A DNA stretch of 64,000 nucleotides from positions 1-64,000 of the forward strand of contig MCFE01000215.1 of the NCBI GenBank assembly GCA_002104905.1, read 5' to 3'. Both the position numbers and the translations under genes were made by a program. Positions 34,890-46,515 of this stretch are shown one piece after another. The stretch is from Basidiobolus meristosporus CBS 931.73. Its lineage: Eukaryota; Fungi; Basidiobolomycota. The stretch's first letter is position 1; every line of letters starts with the position of its first letter. Under the pieces are notes generated by a model, which was not told where the DNA came from, ran no database searches, and saw only the letters and a program-made list of their open reading frames with translations.

Positions 34890-35338
34890 TCAACCATGTC
34901 GTTCGCGGGCGAGGTTGAAGAAATCCGTGTATCCCCCGATGAAGCGCAGAGTGGTCGAGCAGCCTTCGTAGATGAAGGGCGAAGTGCGATGTTCCTGTGA
35001 GCCGGGGATTTCCTATTGTGACAGAGAAAAGCTCAGCTGCTATTGGTGACCGAGCCTAATGGGACATGGTGGGTACCTTCTTAAGTTGCTGGATGCGTTC
35101 GCTCCATTGGGCTCTCTCCGTGGCCTTCACGTCCACCTGAACCTGGCTTGCGCGTTTTTTCACCAGGTCCCCGAGCTCAACTGCGTTGTGAAAGTAGGCG
35201 CATTCCAGGAAGCCCTCCTAAATATGCCAGTTAGTACGGCGAATCGGGCGAGGGGACAAACTGGCTAGTTACAATGTGGTAGCATATACGCTCCTTCGAA
35301 GCAGGAGCCGCGTCCGAGAACCAGTCATAGAACGCCAT
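34890..35338 (-). CDS. 109-aa glutaredoxin-fold protein resembling the N-terminal domain of MDH1B
   Basis: Three phase-0 exons (35338-35273, 35217-35077, 35012-34890): MAFYDW..YHIEGFLECAYFHNAVELGD..HRTSPFIYEG..FIGGYTDFF. Canonical splice sites; not in the ORF track. Confidence 0.75.
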
Positions 35339-35653
35339 CTGAGAAGATCCACCAGCAGAGTGCCGATCGAGCGAAATTTCTCTTCAACCACCGACAAATG
35401 CGGCGAATCCACGAGCTCCCCTAGATCCACCCTGATCCCGTCGGCCGAGGGGATTTTCTGGCTGGGGCTCCATCGAGGGAAAAATTTCCCGGCTATTTTG
35501 GAATCAGGACCCAACATCAACCTGATGGGCTCCGTTTACCCCAAAATTTCCTCGCCTCTGAAATAGTCCATCTCGCTGGTCTGTATCCGTTGTATCATAC
35601 CACCGTACAGCTTCTCTCTTCAAACAAGTCTAGATTCTTGGTGATCATTTACT

Positions 35654-35989
35654 ATGGCCGGACACAACGATCATTCCCTCATTCACGACCCAGCCATCGA
35701 CCGCTGGGCCACCATGCGTGAGACCACCTACCAACATTTCCGTTGGACCCGTCGTACCGTCTCCCTGTCGGTGCTCTACCTCGTCGCCATCCCAGTCGGA
35801 TTGACATACTTAGCTTACAAGACCCATGTAGGTGGACCGGAAACCACTAGATGAGGGGTGTTTCCCCCCCCCCACTCGCCTCGCTGTTCCCAACCACTAA
35901 CCCAACCTCCTCCATTTCAGGATAAGGACTTCGAAGGCAAAGGAAACGGCTTCACCTGGAGACGCGACGTCCCCGAAAAGAAGCAATAA
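35654..35989 (+). CDS. NDUFB4: NADH:ubiquinone oxidoreductase B15 subunit (NDUFB4-like)
   Basis: DPAIDRWATMRETTYQHFRWTRR plus one TM helix. Intron 35828-35920; 80 aa. Confidence 0.82.
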
Positions 35990-36439
35990 AGCGATGGGGG
36001 TGGAACGAGGCTCACCTGGAGAACATGTCCATCCTTACTGCTCCCAGATTGGATTTCACTAATGCATATCGTATGAATAAACACTAAACATTCTAAACGC
36101 TACACTATCCTTTTGCCCCAGTTCTATCCTTGGTTATCCAGATGCTGCGGGAACGATGGTAATCTATTCCGGATCCATATGGATAGATTGCGGGCGGAGA
36201 AGATGATATCATGAGGGAGGGGGGGGGGAAGGCTTGATTCGGACAGTCACACACCCGTGAAAATTTTCCACCCACAAACGCATATTGACCGTCTTCCCCC
36301 CCACCTGCCCAATCAGCGCCTCGCCGACCAAGAGGGATGAAAATTTTTCAATCACTGGCCACCTGCAGGTGGCATAAAAGTGGGATTCCGTCTGGAGAGG
36401 TGGAGTCGCTTGTTCCATCAACACCCAGTAACCCAGAAG

Positions 36440-37371
36440 ATGTTCGGTTTACGTGCATTCACCAAACCCGTCGGAAGACTGGTGGCTTTTCGCGCTGCTC
36501 GCTTAGTCGCACCCCAGCTCGCAGCCGCCTCCAGAATCGTTCGTGCCCAAGCGCCCAAGGCTATCACTGCCCTTACTGTAAGTTTCGCATGCTCCATCCT
36601 CTCCTGTCCTCTCCTCCTCACTCCCTCCCTCCCTCCCCCCACCTATCTCAGTGTGTCTGGGACTAACCTTTGTGACTTCTTGTGTAGGTTCAGGAACGTA
36701 GTTACTCCAGATTCCGCCCTGGAGACTGGAATTGCCCCAAGTGCAACACCCACAACTTCGCCTCCCGCTCTAGCTGTTTCCGTTGCGGCGAAGAGGCCGA
36801 GGGCAACCGTCAGGTGAACCCTGGGGACTGGCTCTGCCCTAGCTGCTCTTTCTACAACTTCGGGTTCAGAGAGAGCTGCAACCGTTGCGACGGACCCGCC
36901 CCCGAAGGCCACGTCCCCGCCCCACGCGAGTCCAACTTCTCCATGAAGCCCGGGGACTGGAAGTGTACGGACTGCGGGTTCGAGAACTTCGCCTCCCGTA
37001 CCGTGTGCTTCAAGTGCAACTGCCCTTCCCCCGTTGACCACCAACGCCATGACCACTCCGAGGGCGAGGTCCATTCCTCCGGCGCACCCGTCCTCCCCGG
37101 AGACTGGATGTGCCCATCCTGCTCCTTCCACAACTTCAGATCCAGATCTGCCTGCTTCAAATGCGATACCCCCAACCCATCCCCCGCCGACAGCCCACCA
37201 CAGTCGGACCTCTTCGAAGGTAGCTGGACTTGCCCATCATGCTCGTTCAACAACTTCAAATCCAGAACCTCCTGCTACAAATGCGACTCCCCCGCCCCCC
37301 GCCTCCGGAGACAGGGATCACTTCTAAATTCACAACATCGCATAGACCCCCGCCCCCGCCGCCTTTGGTAA
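36440..37371 (+). CDS. Protein with five RanBP2-type zinc fingers and a predicted mitochondrial presequence
   Basis: Exon 1 36440-36577 (Arg/Ala-rich, no acidic residues), intron 36578-36687 (GTAAGT..GACTAAC..TAG), then five W-x-C-x2-C-x3-N-F-x2-R-x2-C-x2-C fingers. The true stop may be at 37327 if one C in a homopolymer is an error. Confidence 0.85.
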
Positions 37372-37642
37372 ACCCATCGTCCAACGTATTCTCGTAGATC
37401 TCCCCTACCTCCCCTTCCCTCAATTCATCAATTGTTGCATTGTGATCTCGTTTTTTTGTGAAAATAAAATAATCCTTCGTTCTTCGCGAGGCCGAAAGGA
37501 TCAAAATCGGGTTTTCTATTCAACGGATGGGGGTGGGATACAAAAAATAAGGTGTGGCGTGGTGTGGTGTGGTGTGGTGTGTGCGCGCGTGCACGAGTGT
37601 ATATGTATGTATGTATATGGTGTTTTCTCTGGGCATGCGAGA

Positions 37643-40600
37643 TTAGGCCTGCCCGGCACTGCGAATGTCGTGTAGACTGTTGATCAACTCGTCGGCACCC
37701 GACTCTGTGGATAGCAGGATGCACCAGGTGAAGTGGGTGACCGGTTTGGGACTTTTGGTAGGCTCGATTTGGTCGATTGCCGGTTCACCAGAATCGTCCG
37801 GAAGGTCAGCGTTCACTTGGTCCGCTTTTTGTACATCTGCTACCGACTCCTCCTGGGCTTCGGGGTCAACCTCCTCCGCTTCAGTTTCCTTGATAACCCC
37901 AGGATGAGCGACGGTACTCGGCTCGTGGAAAGTGATCTTCACCAGCACTTCCCAACCAGTGGCGGTACAACCAGCGTTGGCTCCCTCTTTCTCTTTCCCG
38001 AGCATCATGTTCATCCCAGACTTCACCTTCTCAACGTGGGTGATCCATGAGGTTGGCGCCACCTCCACTCGTTTATATTGTTCTACCTGAGCGGCAACCG
38101 ATGGGGAATTCTTTCTTCGGCCCCACATCCCTTCTGATTTTTGGACGGTAGAGGAGTCTGACAACCCACTCACTGCATCGCTTCTGGCTGGGGGCCAGAC
38201 GTCGTGTCGTTCTTTGCACATATAAATATATTGCTCTGTGCCTATCATAGTAAACGCCTCGATATTGTAGTGTGATGGGTCCCCGGCGGCGGTTGTAGAA
38301 CCAGAACATGGCTCCATTAGGAGTGCCACCAGGTGATAGAGCTTAATGAAGTCGAAGGTAACTCGGTCCACAACCACTTCTTGACCGCTGGCTGGATCTA
38401 CCCCGGCCAGGTGATGGTTTGGAACATTGGACAGCTCGGGATTCACCTCGTGGATCAGCACCTGTTGGCGAATGTTCTTTACCGCCCCTTCAATATCATG
38501 GTTTACCAACTTCACTTTACCATCTTCCAAGTGAACCTCGTGGTCGTAACAGGTTTCCACCAGAATGTTCAAGAAATCCGAGCAAACTAACTTATCTCGG
38601 ATAAGGAATGTCAAAGAATTCGATGGCAAGAGAGGAGAGGCGCTTTTGCTGTTGGAGGAGGTAGAGTTCAGGTGAACGGTTAATGCCTGGCGATTGGGCC
38701 CCACGTCGATTCTTGCAATAGTCGGGATCGGGATGACATGAACCAACTTCAAATGTTTGGCGGGGTTATTTTCTATCGATGAGGTGGAAACAGGCAAAGG
38801 TATGTTTTGGGGGACCAGTAGATATATCGATTGGTTCGTTAGGCCGATATATATAGGCTTCTCGGTCGGCAGATTCTTTGGCATATTTTCGACACTCGAA
38901 GTCATCATTGACCACATCGAAGAATGTACAACTGGTGCTGGTGCTTGCGGTATGTAAGATGCCGGTATCCAGCTAATGATTTTTTCCGCATCATCATCAA
39001 TGATGTTCAGTTGAAAGTGCAGACGGATCGCATTTGTAAGCCGGCGATATGATGGCAATGACGGGGAAAACCCGGCCACTTTCTCCAATTTCTTCAGGTC
39101 CTCCATTTCATCGACCGTAGGTTGGATTTCTTGGCGTAATGTTGATGTGGCTTCAGTCACGACTTTCGACGACTTCGTATCACAGCGATTAGTTAGTCCA
39201 CCGAGTGGATTGACCAACCAAGAGTCAAAGAAACCTTGCTTGTGGCTATCCTGGGAGCCTATGTTTGTTACTTGCGAAGAGGATGTGTAAGCCCATGCGG
39301 GGGTCTCATTGGATTGGGCCGCTTCATTTTCTTCACGACCGAAGAATTCCACTAGAAACGTTCCTGAACACTCCGGGCATCTCTTCTCCTTCTCCCTCAC
39401 ATCACTTTCAGACTCTGACGATGCAGGCGAAAGACCAATACTGAGCTTTTTGACCCCGCGCCAATCCCGTTTGTCCCGAAGATCTTCAAGGTCCAAAAAC
39501 CCAACCCATGAACAATTCAGACACTTACCTTGTTTATAAGCCTCGTGTCCTTTCCCCTCCTCCCAGTTCTTTCGAACTATGTTCTCGAGCAGTGACTGGA
39601 GGTCTTTCTCTGCCTGAGCATCATCTGCGATATAATAATCACAAATGGTTGGATTATCGTAACGACGGTATTTGAACTCCAATCGAAAGACTGAGTGTTG
39701 CATGAGCTTTCCCACTCGTTTAGTTTCGACGCGTAAAAGCCCCTGGAACCCGCGTTGACACACGATTTCCAATGATTTAGGGTCAACCTCAACAAGCGAG
39801 GTGCTGGAAACAATTAGAATGCGATCTTCCGCCGGCACACGAATGAATCGCTTAGACCTAGTACGGCTGGAATACTCGACGACTTGAACCTTGTACTGAA
39901 TACCGTCAGGCAGTTTTTTGACTTCAGGTGGCGGATCAGACGTTGCCTTTTGTGGAGCTGATGATTCTACTGAGGGGCTAGTAGGTGTCGATGGAGTACT
40001 ATCAATAACCATCTCACTCTTCGTAGGTTCGATAGAAGGTGAATTCTGAAGAGAATCGTATAAAATGGACTCATTGCTATCAACAGACTCATTAGTGCTC
40101 GATGCAGGCTTGTTCATTGACACCAAAGTCAACATAGAGGGCAAAGAACCCACTACTAGCTTATCGTCTTTGGAATCATGTGTATCGACCACCATCTCCT
40201 TTTTTTCGAGCGTTTTTGGATGCTGTATCTCGCTATAGATCTTCAGCCAGGTGGATCCCGCCTCGTTGCGCAACGCCTCGATTTTCTTGCGAAAACTCTC
40301 ATTACCATGTGTTGCCGTTAATGCAGACATGGAAGAACGAACTGATGCTGGAGAACGACTGCGAGGAGATAAAGACTGACCGTCTTTGTGAAGTTGTCTA
40401 CCTCTGGTTGAGTTGTAAGGGTCGCTGTAACCTGTATGCATAGTATCCTCCAACTCGGCCAGACGATGAACAAAAAGCTTTTTATACCGTGTGGGCAATG
40501 GGGATTTGGGAACATTAGGCTTCTCAGCATTTGGCGATGGAAAATTAGTGATTGACTGGTGTAAGGCGTCTTCATCTACAAACTCCTCAGGCTCCTCAGA

Positions 40601-42057
40601 TATCGAAGTCACAGAAGTTCTTGGTGACCATAAAATGCTGTCAGTGGGATCTTCATCAGGATTGATATCCGCGACGCGCTTTCCGTAACGTCTATTTCTA
40701 ACATTCGGTCGATTTTTTCTCGTTTTTAGCACTGGCATCTCGGTGGGAGCGGAGTTTTCTGAAACGCCTTTGTATGTTGGTGCTTGGTTTACAGAAGGAT
40801 CGGTTCCTGTTACGAGCTGACGTTTTTCCAGGAATGATGGGCCTGTACCGTCCAGGAGGATGTCCAGCTCGTGAGCGAGAAATATCGAGAAGATCTCAGT
40901 CCGGTAACCAGACTAAGCTCGGTAAGATAAGTAACGAAATGCAGCTCCATCGCACAACTATATGAATTACATACCTTTAGGGTCAATGGATTCCCTTCGA
41001 TATACACTTCTTGAATTGAAGGCAACTCTGCAAGACGACCTACTTCACCAACATCGGAAACTTCATTCCCTCTGATGTCGATGATCGCCAAAGCCCACAG
41101 CTTATGTAATCCACAAAGATTCTCCAGCTTGTTGTGGCTAAGGTTCAGTACAGTAATATTTCCAAGTATCCGATCGACTCCAGTAAGATTAGAAATCATG
41201 TTGTGACTCAAATCGAGATTGCTCAGGCGAAATAGCTCAGTAAGCGCTGGAGGCACTGAGAGAAGCAAATTATAGGAAAGGTTCAGTGATTCGCAAGCAG
41301 TAATTGAGAGAATCGGCTCCACAGCCAAACTGGCTAGGTCATTGTGAGATAGGTCGATGGAATGGAGATTTGGCCAAGTAGCCTCGGGTCCAGCATAACC
41401 AATCGTCTCTAGAAATAAATCGTGGAGGTCTACAATCCCACCACGACATACGAAGTACTCCAGATTCTTGTAAAGAGCATCCCAATCAGTGAAATATCTT
41501 GGTGGTAATTTCTGCAGATCCAGATGAGTCAGATTCCCAAAAATCCCCAAGGATATCAGCAGCGGCGATGCATCTTGTTGGGCGTGCGAGTTTACTTTTG
41601 TGGAGCAAATCTTTAGGCGCTGTAGTTTTCGGAAGACGTGATATATATACTCTAGCTCGGCTTGGAAATGTAGCTTCGCGTCCAGTCCGGAATTCTCATT
41701 CTTTCTCCAACCGAAAAACGATAGAGTCGAGAAGGTAGAAGCGAGCGAGGAGAGAGAAGCTAGGGAGGAGACTGTCCTTATCGACTGGGCAGACGATACC
41801 GGAGTAAGCTGTGGCACACCGTTTATCAACAAGCCAAACTCCTCAAACTTGGCCAAGATAATGGAGAGCTTGGTTGGTTCAATGGTAAAAATTCGATTCT
41901 TTCGGCTGCTTTCCCGGTGCATATAGCCAAGAGTGAAAGCCGAAGAAAATGAAGAGGAATCGCCGTCTTCACTTGCTTTCTCGGAAGCACACAAGCGCCT
42001 TTCATTAGCTCGTAAATATTTTGCACAAGAAAGAACTATCTCTTCTGGGGAATACAT
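37643..42057 (-). CDS. Large LRR protein with a C-terminal Cys-pair and PH-like region (STK11IP/Nischarin-like)
   Basis: LRRs (LDLSHN, LNLSYN) in the 42057-40810 ORF. A GTATGT..TAG intron near 40975-40915 links in frame (SGYRTEIFSIF..DGTGPSFLEKRQL) to the 1031-aa ORF, which carries CLNC/CPEC. Confidence 0.72.
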
Positions 42058-42749
42058 TCGAAGAAGTATTATTCTCTCCCGTCAAGACGTGTTAAAGGCA
42101 ATATGACTAAATACAGAAAACCAGGTAAGTATTGCATTGACATAAACCTATGGGCTTGAAAACACTCACAATTCAAAACTGTGACCACAAACTAGGCCAA
42201 GTACTATATACAATTATACGATAAGAAGCTAGGTTGGCACAATAACAAAAGAGAACAATAATGGGCACAGAGCGCAACTTGCTCGGTGTCTCTGCATGCG
42301 ACACGTTGATTGGGGTACTTCAACTTCAATCAAGCTCATTAATAAATCCTTATATGTTCTACTCCACCGGATTTTATATGGCGTGTGGTAAAGTAAGATA
42401 TATTCTCCACTCTATATGGCAAGTTCACGCATTGCCCAACTGACAGAAAACCAATATCATTAGCATATATTCACCAACTGACCAGATTTCACGTGGTGAT
42501 TAAGGATGGCTTGACCAGCAACAAGAACCTCGAAATCATAGTACGAAAGGTGTAGTGGACACAGGAATGGACACAGGAATGGATTTGATTCGGTTTAATT
42601 CTGGCGAAATCAATGGTTGGAGGAGTAGGTGATACACGGAAATAGAGAAACGAGAATATATCGTTGAATATGATTTAAGTTACAAACAGTCTAGGAGATG
42701 TAAAATTCAATGCGATAGGTGGGAACACTCGGAAGATACAAGATTAAAT

Positions 42750-44516
42750 TTACAACTTGACGTTCTTACGAAGGTGTTGCTTGTAGGAAGCAATATCCCC
42801 GTTCCAAGGAGTAACCGATCCCTTCTCGCACACCCAGATGGCTTGGGCAACCTGGGAGATGAGTCGGAAATCGTGAGAAACGAGAACCACGCCACCGGAG
42901 AATTGGTTGATGGCATCAGCCAAGGAGTCAATGGACTCCATGTCTAAATGATTCGTAGGTTCGTCCAACAAAATGATATGGGGTTGGAGGAGAGCCAATT
43001 CGGCGAACACCAAACGAGTCTTGAGGCCATCAGACAAATGGGCAATAGGGGAGGTCTGGTGGGTACCAGTCAAACCATATCTACCAATTTGGGAGCGCCA
43101 GAAGTTAACATCCTTGCCGAGTTCATCACCAAACTTGTTGCGCATGTAGTCAATGGGACTAAGGTTCATGTCAAGTTGATCAGCGGAGTGCTGGTTGTAC
43201 TTGCCAATCTTCAAGTGGCCGTGGCGCTGGACACGACCGCTAATGGGCACGATTTCGGCATTCATCAACTTGAGAAGAGTGGATTTACCAGCACCATTAG
43301 GTCCGACCAGGGCAACGCGGGAATCCATATCAATACCCAACTCCAAGTTTCTGTACAAGCAGTTCTCTTCTTTGCCGTCATAAGAGAAGGACACTTCGTC
43401 GAAGGAGAGAACTGGAGGAGGAAGCTTGGGAACGTCGGTGAAGTTGAACTTGAATGGTGGTGGGGGTTCGACCTTCTCAATAAGGCCAGCAGCCTCCATT
43501 TTATCAATGATCTTCTGCTTACTCTTGGCCTGTCTGACCAAGTTAGCGTAGGTACCGGCAGAAGCAATGAACTTCTTGATGTGGGCAATTTCATCTTGCT
43601 GCTTGTAGTAGGCCTTCATTTGGTTGGCCTCCAATTCAGCCTTGGTCTTGATGAAAGTGTCGTAGTTACCACCGTAGTATGTAAGCTTACGTTGATGGGT
43701 GAGATGCATAACGTTGGTACAGACGTTGTTCAAGAAATCTTGAGAGTGGGAAACGACAACCAAGATACGGTCGTAAGTCTTGAGGTATTCTTCGAGCCAC
43801 ACACAGGCCTCCAAATCCAAATGGTTGGTAGGCTCATCGAGAAGGAGGAGAGTAGGACGAATGAAGAGCGCCTTGGCCAAGGCGACACGCATACGCCAGC
43901 CACCGGACATGTCCTTTGTCTTCTTGGCCATTTGTTCCTGGGTGAAACCAAGACCGTTGAGAAGGGTACAGGCACGAGTCTCGAAGGTAACGGGATCTAA
44001 GCTCTCGATACGCTCATAAATATCGTCAAGGATCGGGTTATCAGCAGCATCCTCGTCCATCAACAGCTCCTCGACTTGCTTCTCCAAACGCTTAACTTCG
44101 TCTTCAGCGTTCTTGATGACGGCCTCGACAGCGGAATACTCGCTAGGGGCAGCCTCCTCACTCAACAAGTAAATATCAACATGTGGAGGGATAGGAACTT
44201 CACGGTTGCCCAAAGCCTTAAGGAAGGTACTTTTACCGGATCCGTTGGCACCGATCAAACCGTATCTACGACCGAAGTTAAGTTCGATGGTGGCGTTAGA
44301 GACCAATTCTCTGCCATAGAAAGAAAGGGTGAACGATTCGATCTTAATATCACGAGAAGCGGGTTGGGAAGTGAGAACACCAGTGCAGGTTCTCTCTTCG
44401 CTCAATGCCAAATTTTCCATATCAAGGTCATCGACAGTGGCCTTGGGAGCAGCGGCCTTGGCCTTTGACTTAGCGGCTCTGGCAGCCAAACGCTTTTGCT
44501 TTGAAACGGAAGCCAT
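42750..44516 (-). CDS. ARB1: ABC-F protein ABCF2/Arb1
   Basis: Two ABC domains (GANGSGKST, GPNGAGKST, LLLDEPTNHLD) and no TM segments. Likely start is MASVSKQKR at 44516. Confidence 0.96.
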   Translation of the reverse strand: MASVSKQKRLAARAAKSKAKAAAPKATVDDLDMENLALSEERTCTGVLTSQPASRDIKIESFTLSFYGRELVSNATIELNFGRRYGLIGANGSGKSTFLKALGNREVPIPPHVDIYLLSEEAAPSEYSAVEAVIKNAEDEVKRLEKQVEELLMDEDAADNPILDDIYERIESLDPVTFETRACTLLNGLGFTQEQMAKKTKDMSGGWRMRVALAKALFIRPTLLLLDEPTNHLDLEACVWLEEYLKTYDRILVVVSHSQDFLNNVCTNVMHLTHQRKLTYYGGNYDTFIKTKAELEANQMKAYYKQQDEIAHIKKFIASAGTYANLVRQAKSKQKIIDKMEAAGLIEKVEPPPPFKFNFTDVPKLPPPVLSFDEVSFSYDGKEENCLYRNLELGIDMDSRVALVGPNGAGKSTLLKLMNAEIVPISGRVQRHGHLKIGKYNQHSADQLDMNLSPIDYMRNKFGDELGKDVNFWRSQIGRYGLTGTHQTSPIAHLSDGLKTRLVFAELALLQPHIILLDEPTNHLDMESIDSLADAINQFSGGVVLVSHDFRLISQVAQAIWVCEKGSVTPWNGDIASYKQHLRKNVKL

Positions 44517-45029
44517 GGTAATTCTTCGTGAGATGTGGCGGAGATAAGACCAAAGGTACCACACTTGCAGCTACCTCCGCCTAAATACCTGCGTGTGTAT
44601 TTTTTTTTCTTCATGGCCTCCAATCGCCAATGAGACCCCACCAAGTTTGTTGGGTAATTTCCTTTTTTTGCAACTGTGTTAATTTTTTTCTCTATAGATC
44701 CAATTGTCCCTTATGACATTAGCCAACAAGGGCGTCTGACATCATGTATTGGAGCAACTAATACTGGAATGCCCTGATTGTCTGCATATTTGATCTGATT
44801 CCTAAATCTAAGATAAAGGGGCAAATTGCATTGGGAGGAAGCTTCTCTCCTCATAAAGTGGGGCCCGGCTAACGTCCGATAGGGGCACGTGGCTGCCGCA
44901 GGCGATATACATGCTAAATATGTTCGCCTAGTAATTGAGCAATAATCAAGTTACATTACATGACAGAGAATCAAGTTACTCCCTACTGATTTATTTGCAA
45001 GTTGCATAACAAAATCACAATACATGAAT

Positions 45030-45797
45030 TTATTTATCAGCAATCTTCTTGGTACCACGAAGCAAACCGGTACGACGGGCAGCGATAAGACCGACCTTTT
45101 GACCAGCGGAGGAGTCGCGGGCGACAGTGGAAGCGTGACCGATGTGTTGGTGATTACCACCACCGTGAGGATGGTCAACGGGGTTCATGGCAACACCACG
45201 AGTCTTAGGCCAGCAGTTACGCTTGACTCTGTATTTGTGGTAGGCACGACCAGCCTTGAGCAAAGGTTTGTCGATACGACCACCACCGGCAACGATACCA
45301 ATGGTAGCACGGCAGGTGGATTGGATAACCTTCTTGGAACCGGAGGGGAGCTTGACTCTGGTCTTGCCATCATCATGGTTGTGGGAGATGATGGTAGCAT
45401 AGTTACCGGAGGCACGGGCAATGGCACCACGGTCACCAACAGACTCCTCAATGTTGCAAATGATGGTACCCTCGGGCATAGCAGAGAGAGGGAGAACGTT
45501 ACCAATAGTCAAAGCAGCCTTCTTACCGCAGTAGACGAATTGACCGGTGTACATTCCTTCAGTAGCGATGAAGGTTTGGGTGTGGGTCTTGTATCTGTAA
45601 GGGTCACGGAATTGAACCTTAGCAAGAGGGGCACCACGTCCAGGATCGTGGATGATTTCCTTGACGATACCACGAATGTAACCGTTACGCTCAGCGAAAT
45701 CCAAAGGACGAAGTTGAGCAGCACCCTTTCTAAGTCTAGTGTGAGACTTGAAGATACCTCCGGGACCTTTTCTCTGAGCACGGATAACACGACCCAT
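45030..45797 (-). CDS. RPL2: 60S ribosomal protein uL2 (L2/L8)
   Basis: [28 protein letters not shown]. There is an apparent 5' UTR intron (GTAAGT near 45894 to CTAG near 45810). Confidence 0.98.
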   Translation of the reverse strand: MGRVIRAQRKGPGGIFKSHTRLRKGAAQLRPLDFAERNGYIRGIVKEIIHDPGRGAPLAKVQFRDPYRYKTHTQTFIATEGMYTGQFVYCGKKAALTIGNVLPLSAMPEGTIICNIEESVGDRGAIARASGNYATIISHNHDDGKTRVKLPSGSKKVIQSTCRATIGIVAGGGRIDKPLLKAGRAYHKYRVKRNCWPKTRGVAMNPVDHPHGGGNHQHIGHASTVARDSSAGQKVGLIAARRTGLLRGTKKIADK

Positions 45798-46515
45798 ATC
45801 TTAAATTACCTAGAAATTAATGACTGTCAGCTCAACCATGGCACGATGGATGGGGTGTAGTTGCTTTAGATTGTTGGATCTCTCGTGGACTTACCAATAT
45901 TAAGAATGGACGAAAGAAGAGGAGGTGTGGTGCCCTTGAACGGGTGATTTTGTGCTTTGGGATGATTTCAATTGCTGATTGGGTACGATGAGGATAGGGT
46001 TTATGACTCGGGATACTAGGCGAATGTGATTCTTGGAGATTGTTTATTCTAAGCAACTATTCCGGGACTATGCTTATTTTATGCTAGTTTCGTGGACTGG
46101 TGTCTAGAGACGATTCTTCGCTGGACTTACTGCTTGGCATAGACATGCCCTATCTCATGGCAATGTGAGACAGTTCTATTTGATGGTAACATGAATCATT
46201 GATATTAGTCAATGCAAAGCGCAAGGTGCTGATCAAGTTGTCTCCCATCGTCTGCATACTTCTTGTGACATTAATCGCATGGTTGACTATTTTGGCTAAT
46301 AGCCTACCAATAAAAGACCAAGTTGCTATCCATGTACAAATCAGGATCTCCCAAGGACTTTCAGGTGATATTTTTTTTCATCGGCAAGTATTGGATGAAT
46401 TAGGAATAATTTTCATTAAGCTAGTCTATATTTAGCAAGCAGTTGTCTGAGCATATATTTACCAGGTACCTCTTGTTCTGCCTTAACTCGGTGTGCTTGT
46501 TTTTTTTTACACATC

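Noticed and set aside
37550-37622. (GGTGT)n/(GTAT)n tracts; also (GTGTTA)3 near 14213 and a 13-bp duplication near 42558
   Set aside because: Ordinary short simple repeats in 3' intergenic DNA; not telomeric arrays.
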